A DNA stretch of 4,991 bases, taken from the IMG/VR virus record IMGVR_UViG_2706794678_000008. One strand, written 5' to 3'. This DNA comes from a virus (Duplodnaviria > Heunggongvirae > Uroviricota > Caudoviricetes). Every line of letters starts with the position of its first letter. The stretch's first letter is position 1. Shown here piece after piece: positions 1 through 4,991 of this stretch. The position numbers and the translations under genes are program-made. The notes beneath the pieces were generated by a model that worked only from the letters and a program-made list of their open reading frames with translations, was not told the DNA's origin and did not search any database.

Positions 1-2
1 CA

Positions 3-2748
3 TCAGAAACGAACGCATCATCAAGCGCCAGTAGCGCAGCTTCCTCGGCGACGGCGGCTGCAAATTCTGCGAAGGCGGCCAAAACGTCCGAGACGAACGC
101 CAGGTCTTCTGAAACGGCAGCGGGACAGAGTGCCTCAGCTGCGGCAGGCTCAAAAACAGCGGCTGCGTCGTCTGCCAGCGCCGCGTCAACAAGTGCCGGG
201 CAGGCCTCAGCCAGTGCCACCGCCGCCGGAAAATCGGCAGAAAGCGCCGCATCGTCTGCTTCAACAGCCACAACGAAGGCTGGCGAAGCCACTGAACAGG
301 CCAGCGCAGCAGCGAGGTCTGCTTCCGCAGCGAAGACATCCGAAACGAACGCGAAAGCGTCGGAAACAAGCGCAGAATCCTCAAAAACGGCTGCCGCATC
401 GTCAGCCAGTTCGGCGGCGTCATCGGCATCATCGGCGTCTGCTTCAAAAGATGAGGCGACCAGACAAGCGTCAGCAGCGAAGAGCAGCGCCACGACGGCA
501 TCCACGAAGGCGACAGAGGCTGCTGGCAGTGCGACGGCGGNNNNNNNNNNNNNNNNNNNNNNNNNNNNNNNNNNNNNNNNNNNNNNNNNNNNNNNNNNNN
601 NNNNNNNNNNNNNNNNNNNNNNNNNNNNNNNNNNNNNNNNNNNNNNNNNNNNNNNNNNNNNNNNNNNNNNNNNNNNNNNNNNNNNNNNNNNNNNNNNNNN
701 NNNNNNNNNNNNNNNNNNNNNNNNNNNNNNNNNNNNNNNNNNNNNNNNNNNNNNNNNNNNNNNNNNNNNNNNNNNNNNNNNNNNNNNNNNNNNNNNNNNN
801 NNNNNNNNNNNNNNNNNNNNCGGCGTCATCGGCATCATCGGCGTCTGCTTCAAAAGATGAGGCGACCAGACAGGCGTCAGCAGCGAAGGGCAGCGCCACG
901 ACGGCATCCACGAAGGCGACAGAGGCTGCTGGTAGTGCGACGGCAGCAGCTCAGAGCAAAAGTACGGCGGAATCTGCAGCAACGCGCGCTGAGACAGCGG
1001 CAAAACGGGCAGAGGATATTGCATCCGCCGTGGCGCTTGAGGATGCGAGCACGACGAAAAAGGGGATAGTACAGCTCAGTAGTGCGACTAACAGCACTTC
1101 CGAGTCACTGGCGGCAACACCAAAAGCCGTTAAGGCCGCGTATGACCTGGCTAACGGGAAATACACCGCACAGGATGCAACGACAGCACAGAAAGGGATA
1201 ATCCAGCTAAGCAGCGCGACCAACAGCACGTCTGAAACGCTGGCGGCAACGCCAAAGGCAGTAAAAGCAGCCAATGACAATGCTGAGAAACGTCTGCAGA
1301 AAGATCAGAACGGTGCGGATATCCCTGGCAAAGACACCTTTACGAAAAATATTGGTGCCTGCCGTGCCTTCGGTGGGTCAGTAAGCACAACAACAGGAAA
1401 CTGGACGACTGCACAGTTTATCGAGTGGCTGGATTCTCAGGGAGCATTTAACCATCCATACTGGATGTGCAAGGGTTCCTGGTCTTATGGCAATAATAAA
1501 ATCATTACTGATACTGGCTGCGGTAATATTCATCTCGCCGGAGCTGTCATTGAAGTAATGGGGATAAAGTCAGCGATGACGATCCGCATTACCACTCCGA
1601 CCACATCCAGCGGTGGCGGAACAACCAACGCCCAGTTTACCTATATTAATCACGGAACAGATTATTCACCTGGCTGGCGAAGGGACTATAACTCCAGAAA
1701 TAAGCCAACGGCATCAGAGATCGGGGCGCTACCGTCAGGTGGAACAGCAGTATCATCAGTTAATCTGGCTTCAAAAGGTCGGGTAGCCGCGCTGACAGAC
1801 AATACGCAGGGGGCAGCAGGTCTTGAGTTATACGAGGTGTATAACAACGGATATCCAACAGCGTATGGAAATATCATTCACCTGAAAGGGATGACAGCCG
1901 TTGGCGAAGGTGAGTTACTCATCGGCTGGAGTGGTACAAGCGGTGCTCATGCTCCGGCATTTATTCGTTCACGACGGGATACGACCGACGCAAACTGGTC
2001 GCCGTGGGCGCAGCTTTACACCTCGGCTCATCCTCCTGCAGAGTTTTATCCAGTCGGTGCACCAATCCCGTGGCCATCAGATACCGTTCCGTCTGGTTAT
2101 GCCCTGATGCAGGGGCAGACTTTTGACAAATCTGCTTACCCGAAACTTGCAGCCGCTTATCCGTCAGGCGTGATCCCTGATATGCGTGGCTGGACGATTA
2201 AGGGCAAGCCCGCCAGTGGTCGTGCCGTATTGTCTCAGGAACAGGATGGCATTAAATCGCACACCCACAGCGCCAGCGCATCCAGTACGGATTTGGGGAC
2301 GAAAACCACATCGTCGTTTGATTACGGCACTAAATCCACGAATAACACCGGGGCGCATACGCACAGTCTGAGCGGCTCTACAAGTTCAGCTGGGGCCCAC
2401 CAACATAGTCAGACTGGGCCCAGAACGAATAGCGGGAGTCAACCTACTGGAATGTTTCCGGCAGGGAGTACTCAAGTTAGCGGGACTAATCAGGTTGGTA
2501 TCAGTGGCTCATTAACCAGTGGCACCTCCCAATGGGTAGGTAAATCATCTTCAGAAGGAAACCATACACACTCACTGTCCGGCACAGCAGCATCTGCGGG
2601 TGCACACGCGCATACTGTCGGTATTGGTGCTCATACGCACTCTGTTGCGATTGGTTCACATGGACACACCATCACCGTTAACGCTGCTGGTAACGCGGAA
2701 AACACCGTCAAAAACATCGCATTTAACTATATTGTGAGGCTCGCATAA
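3..2748 (+). CDS. stf: Side tail fiber protein (lambda Stf-like), 5'-partial (gene begins upstream of window); reading frame interrupted by assembly gap 541-820
   Basis: Frame 3 is open without stops from position 3 to 540 and encodes Ala/Ser/Thr-rich repeats ([13 protein letters not shown]..., [21 protein letters not shown]...). After the gap the same protein continues in frame 1 (821-2748): the fiber motif [26 protein letters not shown] twice, a globular middle region, then a His-x-His-rich tip ending ...[31 protein letters not shown], stop TAA 2746-2748. The frame-1 Arg-rich translation before the gap in the ORF track (MPQLRQ...) is out of frame; the frame shift across the gap reflects an arbitrary gap length. 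Confidence 0.9.
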   Translation, partial: QKRTHHQAPVAQLPRRRRLQILRRRPKRPRRTPGLLKRQRDRVPQLRQAQKQRLRRLPAPRQQVPGRPQPVPPPPENRQKAPHRLLQQPQRRLAKPLNRPAQQRGLLPQRRHPKRTRKRRKQAQNPQKRLPHRQPVRRRHRHHRRLLQKMRRPDKRQQRRAAPRRHPRRRQRLLAVRRRXXXXXXXXXXXXXXXXXXXXXXXXXXXXXXXXXXXXXXXXXXXXXXXXXXXXXXXXXXXXXXXXXXXXXXXXXXXXXXXXXXXXXXXXXXXXXXASSASSASASKDEATRQASAAKGSATTASTKATEAAGSATAAAQSKSTAESAATRAETAAKRAEDIASAVALEDASTTKKGIVQLSSATNSTSESLAATPKAVKAAYDLANGKYTAQDATTAQKGIIQLSSATNSTSETLAATPKAVKAANDNAEKRLQKDQNGADIPGKDTFTKNIGACRAFGGSVSTTTGNWTTAQFIEWLDSQGAFNHPYWMCKGSWSYGNNKIITDTGCGNIHLAGAVIEVMGIKSAMTIRITTPTTSSGGGTTNAQFTYINHGTDYSPGWRRDYNSRNKPTASEIGALPSGGTAVSSVNLASKGRVAALTDNTQGAAGLELYEVYNNGYPTAYGNIIHLKGMTAVGEGELLIGWSGTSGAHAPAFIRSRRDTTDANWSPWAQLYTSAHPPAEFYPVGAPIPWPSDTVPSGYALMQGQTFDKSAYPKLAAAYPSGVIPDMRGWTIKGKPASGRAVLSQEQDGIKSHTHSASASSTDLGTKTTSSFDYGTKSTNNTGAHTHSLSGSTSSAGAHQHSQTGPRTNSGSQPTGMFPAGSTQVSGTNQVGISGSLTSGTSQWVGKSSSEGNHTHSLSGTAASAGAHAHTVGIGAHTHSVAIGSHGHTITVNAAGNAENTVKNIAFNYIVRLA
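415..944. repeat. Direct repeat flanking the gap: 415-538 and 821-944 (124 bp, 3 mismatches), coding the [21 protein letters not shown](S/G)[18 protein letters not shown] shaft repeat
   Basis: Direct comparison of the sequence on either side of the N run; the copies are offset by 406 bp (not a multiple of 3), so the true gap length and repeat copy number are unresolved. Confidence 0.85.
541..820. other. Assembly gap (280 N) inside the repetitive tail-fiber shaft coding region
   Basis: Uninterrupted run of n from 541 to 820, flanked on both sides by the same 124-bp sequence (415-538 and 821-944). Confidence 0.97.
1063..1272 (+). repeat. Two copies of a 26-aa phage tail-fiber motif G-I-[VI][23 protein letters not shown] (1063-1140 and 1195-1272), period 132 bp
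   Basis: Protein-level repeat with largely synonymous nucleotide divergence between copies; this motif is recalled from P2 gpH, lambda Stf and T4 fiber proteins. Confidence 0.8.
2361..2572 (+). other. Hypervariable block A of the fiber tip (encodes ...[64 protein letters not shown]...)
   Basis: Region where unit A and unit B lose nucleotide similarity; bounded by conserved His-x-His-containing flanks. Confidence 0.75.
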
Positions 2749-2750
2749 TG
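2736..2750 (+). promoter_or_regulatory. Shine-Dalgarno (GAGG) plus overlapping stop/start TAATG; translational coupling of stf to the downstream ORF
   Basis: GAGG at 2736-2739, 8 nt upstream of ATG 2748; TAA 2746-2748 shares one nucleotide with ATG 2748-2750. Confidence 0.6.
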
Positions 2751-3800
2751 GCATTCAGAATGAGTGAACAAGCACGGACCATAAAAATTTATAACCTGCT
2801 GGCCGGAACTAATGAATTTATTGGTGAAGGTGACGCATATATTCCGCCTCATACAGGTCTGCCTGCAAACAGTACCGATATTGCACCGCCAGATATTCCG
2901 GCTGGTTTCGTGGCTGTTTTCAACAGTGATGAGTCATCGTGGCATCTCGTTGAAGATCATCGGGGTAAAACGGTTTATGACGTGGCTTCCGGCGACGCGT
3001 TATTTATTTCTGAACTCGGTCCGTTACCGGAAAATGTTACCTGGTTATCGCCGGAAGGGGAGTTTCAGAAGTGGAACGGCACAGCCTGGGTGAAGGATAC
3101 GGAAGCAGAAAAACTGTTCCGGATCCGGGAGGCGGAAGAAACAAAAAACAACCTGATGCAGGTAGCCAGTGAGCATATTGCGCCGCTTCAGGATGCTGCA
3201 GATCTGGAAATTGCAACGGCTTATCCGTCAGGCGTGATCCCTGATATGCGTGGCTGGACGATTAAGGGCAAACCTGCCAGTGGTCGGGCCGTATTGTCTC
3301 AGGAACAGGACGGCATTAAATCGCATACCCACAGCGCCAGCGCATCCAGTACGGATTTGGGGACGAAAACCACATCGTCGTTTGATTACGGCACTAAATC
3401 CACGAATAACACTGGTGCGCATACCCATAGTTTAAGTGGCAGCACGAATGCAGCTGGTAATCACAGCCATAGAGATGGCCGTCGATTTAACCCCAGTGTT
3501 TTTAAAGATACTTATCAATATGGTTATACAAGCTCAGGTCAAAATACCTGGGGTGTACAAGGCTCAGTAGGTATGTCTACGGGGTGGTTAGCGAATACCA
3601 GTATAGATGGTAATCATAGCCATTCACTGTCCGGCACAGCAGCATCTGCAGGTGCACACGCGCATACTGTCGGTATTGGTGCTCATACGCACTCCGTTGC
3701 GATTGGTTCACATGGACACACCATCACCGTTAACGCTGCTGGTAACGCGGAAAACACCGTCAAAAACATCGCATTTAACTATATTGTGAGGCTCGCATAA
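2748..3800 (+). CDS. Chimeric ORF: tail fiber assembly protein N-terminal domain (about aa 1-157) fused in frame to a duplicated side-tail-fiber C-terminal tip (about aa 158-350)
   Basis: ATG 2748-2750 overlaps the stf stop (TAATG) with GAGG at 2736-2739. The N-terminal 157 aa ([44 protein letters not shown]...) are near-identical to the downstream tfa. From 3219 the ORF continues into [18 protein letters not shown]...[11 protein letters not shown], matching the C-terminus of the upstream fiber except for the hypervariable block. Stop TAA 3798-3800. Whether the fusion is a functional product or a by-product of the duplication is unknown. Confidence 0.7.
   Translation: MAFRMSEQARTIKIYNLLAGTNEFIGEGDAYIPPHTGLPANSTDIAPPDIPAGFVAVFNSDESSWHLVEDHRGKTVYDVASGDALFISELGPLPENVTWLSPEGEFQKWNGTAWVKDTEAEKLFRIREAEETKNNLMQVASEHIAPLQDAADLEIATAYPSGVIPDMRGWTIKGKPASGRAVLSQEQDGIKSHTHSASASSTDLGTKTTSSFDYGTKSTNNTGAHTHSLSGSTNAAGNHSHRDGRRFNPSVFKDTYQYGYTSSGQNTWGVQGSVGMSTGWLANTSIDGNHSHSLSGTAASAGAHAHTVGIGAHTHSVAIGSHGHTITVNAAGNAENTVKNIAFNYIVRLA
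3425..3624 (+). other. Hypervariable block B of the duplicated fiber tip (encodes ...[60 protein letters not shown]...)
   Basis: Counterpart of block A in unit B; 12 bp shorter, more AT-rich and richer in aromatic residues; the same His-x-His positions are retained at both edges. Confidence 0.75.
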
Positions 3801-3802
3801 TG
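3788..3802 (+). promoter_or_regulatory. Shine-Dalgarno (GAGG) plus overlapping stop/start TAATG; translational coupling into tfa
   Basis: Identical arrangement to 2736-2750, carried within the duplicated unit: GAGG 3788-3791, TAA 3798-3800, ATG 3800-3802. Confidence 0.6.
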
Positions 3803-4381
3803 GCATTCAGAATGAGTGAACAAGCACGGACCATAAAAATTTATAACCTGCTGGCCGGAACTAATGAATTTATTGGTGAAGGTGACGCATATATTCCGCC
3901 TCATACAGGTCTGCCTGCAAACAGTACCGATATTGCACCGCCAGATATTCCGGCTGGTTTCGTGGCTGTTTTCAACAGTGATGAGTCATCGTGGCATCTC
4001 GTTGAAGATCATCGGGGTAAAACGGTTTATGACGTGGCTTCCGGCGACGCGTTATTTATTTCTGAACTCGGCTCATTACCGGAAAATGTCACCTGGTTAT
4101 CCCCGGAAGGGGAGTTTCAGAAGTGGAACGGCACAGCCTGGGTGAAAGATGCAGAAGCAGAAAAACTGTTCCGGATCCGGGAGGCGGAAGAAACAAAAAA
4201 CAGCCTGATGCAGGTAGCCAGTGAGCATATAGCGCCGCTTCAGGATGCTGTGGATCTGGAGATCGCAACGGAGAAAGAAACCTTGTTGCTGGAAGCTTGG
4301 AAAAAGTATCGGGTGTTGCTGAACCGTGTTGATACATCAACTGCACCGGATATTGAATGGCCAGTAGCACCTATAGGGTAA
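3800..4381 (+). CDS. tfa: Tail fiber assembly protein (lambda Tfa family), full length, 193 aa
   Basis: ATG 3800-3802 overlaps the preceding stop (TAATG) with GAGG at 3788-3791. The protein [44 protein letters not shown]...[34 protein letters not shown] is recalled as closely similar to lambda Tfa and E. coli prophage Tfa proteins. Stop TAA 4379-4381. Confidence 0.92.
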   Translation: MAFRMSEQARTIKIYNLLAGTNEFIGEGDAYIPPHTGLPANSTDIAPPDIPAGFVAVFNSDESSWHLVEDHRGKTVYDVASGDALFISELGSLPENVTWLSPEGEFQKWNGTAWVKDAEAEKLFRIREAEETKNSLMQVASEHIAPLQDAVDLEIATEKETLLLEAWKKYRVLLNRVDTSTAPDIEWPVAPIG

Positions 4382-4991
4382 ATTCGTAATGATTACCTAA
4401 ATACGTTATTCTTTTGTTAAAAAAGTGATTTTGCTATAGGTAGGGAGTATGTTCTTGGATTAAGAATAAAAAATCGCCATGAAAGAGCTTCATGGCGAGT
4501 ACATAAACGTACAAAATGTGATGAAAGTAGAGTGGCGTAAGCCACTATATTAAGATATGACAATAGCGAAGAAAAGTAAATAACATTTTATGGACGTTTA
4601 ATTGTTAATTATAAAAACTAGAGTGCCCGATATTGTTTATCTTGCTTTAAAATAATGTACTCAAACCAAATTTTTGAGCTAAAAGCTCAAATAATATAAA
4701 TGCAATAATAATGTTTAATAAGACAATTAGCTTGCTTTGTATTTTCATTTCGGAATACTGTTAAGTAACTTTGATGACCCTAACAATAGATCGGAATTTT
4801 CTTAGAGTCAATGGTCACTGTTTTTGCTTGCAAAGCAAATGTTTTGGTGGTTATAAGTCGTCTTAATATAGTCACGCATGCAACTTGTTCCATGCGGAGA
4901 TTAAAGATTGGAATATAACGCGAAGATGGAATTAAATTACATTTGCAATAATTAATTTATTATTACTCAATAATTACCGATATTATTATTG
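4382..4991. other. AT-rich non-coding region downstream of tfa; no ORF of 60 aa or more on either strand
   Basis: Abrupt GC drop immediately after the tfa stop; only very short ORFs (35 aa or fewer) without convincing ribosome-binding sites; several small hairpins (e.g. ttgagct-aaa-agctcaa at 4674-4690). Confidence 0.6.
4462..4497 (-). terminator. Putative rho-independent terminator for a leftward (minus-strand) transcript
   Basis: Perfect 9-bp stem cgccatgaa (4475-4483) / ttcatggcg (4489-4497) with 5-nt loop. On the minus strand the hairpin is followed by AUUUUUUAUU (complement of 4465-4474). On the plus strand the run is an A-tract upstream of the stem, so it is weaker as a tfa terminator, though bidirectional action is possible. 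Confidence 0.45.

Larger units (their letters stand above)
2155..4270 (+). repeat. Tandem direct duplication of the module [fiber C-terminal tip + tfa N-terminal domain]: unit A 2155-3218 (1064 bp), unit B 3219-4270 (1052 bp)
   Basis: Units align at offset 1064 at the 5' end and 1052 at the 3' end. Conserved blocks: 2155-2360 vs 3219-3424 (about 7 mismatches) and 2573-3218 vs 3625-4270 (2 mismatches in the first about 455 bp, about 15 in the last about 190 bp). The ORF-track shadow ORFs recur at the same offsets (2164/3228, 2186/3250, 2812/3864). Confidence 0.85.

Noticed and set aside
130-540. Frame-1 ORF before the gap, translating as an Arg/Pro/Gln-rich protein ([21 protein letters not shown]...), and the similar frame-2 ORF 857-1069
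   Set aside because: Out-of-frame readings of GC-rich Ala/Ser/Thr repeat DNA that lack stops by composition. Frame 3 before the gap encodes the recognisable fiber-shaft repeats and joins the post-gap protein through the 124-bp flanking repeat.
471-1280. Minus-strand ORFs 471-911 (spanning the N gap) and 951-1280
   Set aside because: Antisense to the fiber gene, low-complexity translations, one made mostly of gap-derived X residues; typical shadow ORFs in GC-rich coding DNA.
2155-4270. Diversity-generating retroelement (template repeat / variable repeat pair at a fiber tip)
   Set aside because: The copies differ by wholesale replacement of an about 200 bp block plus scattered substitutions of all types, not by adenine-specific changes, and no reverse transcriptase gene is present in the window.
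2155-4270. Invertible tip segment of the Gin/Pin/Cin (Mu G, e14 P, P1 C) type
   Set aside because: The alternative tip and tfa copies are in direct, not inverted, orientation; no invertase gene is in the window, and no 26-bp crossover-site-like inverted repeats flank the module.
1686-4370. Short ORFs nested in or antisense to stf and tfa (1686-1877 -, 1901-2107 +, 2164-2364 -, 2186-2371 +, 2812-3093 +, 3228-3428 -, 3250-3435 +, 3607-3789 +, 3864-4145 +, 4089-4370 -)
   Set aside because: All lie entirely within the well-supported fiber and tfa frames and recur at the duplication offset, as expected for shadow ORFs; none has an independent start context or recognisable product.
4660-4690. Imperfect palindrome ctcaaaccaaatttttgag followed by hairpin ttgagct-aaa-agctcaa, superficially like an invertase crossover half-site (aaacc core)
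   Set aside because: Match to known crossover-site consensus is poor outside the aaacc core, there is no partner site, and such palindromes occur readily by chance in AT-rich DNA.
4479-4915. Small plus-strand ORFs in the AT-rich region (25 aa at 4479-4556; 30 aa at 4784-4876; 35 aa at 4811-4918)
   Set aside because: No convincing Shine-Dalgarno sequences, low-complexity or hydrophobic translations expected from AT-rich DNA, and the first starts inside the terminator stem; insufficient evidence to call genes.
1-4991. CRISPR array, tRNA or rRNA
   Set aside because: No short regularly spaced direct repeats with unique spacers and no tRNA-like or rRNA-like structure recognised; the repeats present are coding repeats of the fiber and the large tandem duplication.

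Overview
This window is the distal end of a lambdoid (lambda Stf/Tfa-type) prophage tail-fiber locus on the + strand, followed by an AT-rich non-coding region. It contains the 3' part of a side tail fiber gene (5'-partial, interrupted by a 280-N assembly gap inside a repetitive Ala/Ser/Thr-rich shaft), then two tail-fiber-assembly (tfa) reading frames. The striking feature is a roughly 1.05 kb tandem direct duplication of the module [fiber receptor-binding tip + tfa N-terminal domain] (2155-3218 and 3219-4270). The two copies carry different about 200 bp hypervariable blocks between conserved His-x-His scaffolding. The duplication joint puts the first tfa copy in frame with the second tip, giving a 350-aa Tfa(N)::fiber-tip fusion ORF (2748-3800), followed by a canonical 193-aa tfa (3800-4381). 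From 4382 onwards GC content drops sharply and no ORF of 60 aa or more is present; a hairpin with an adjacent T-tract on the minus strand looks like an intrinsic terminator. Family assignments are from recalled sequence of lambda Stf/Tfa, P2 gpH and T4 gp37, not from a database search. The long near-identical direct repeats and the N gap mean the tandem arrangement needs confirmation against assembly artefact.
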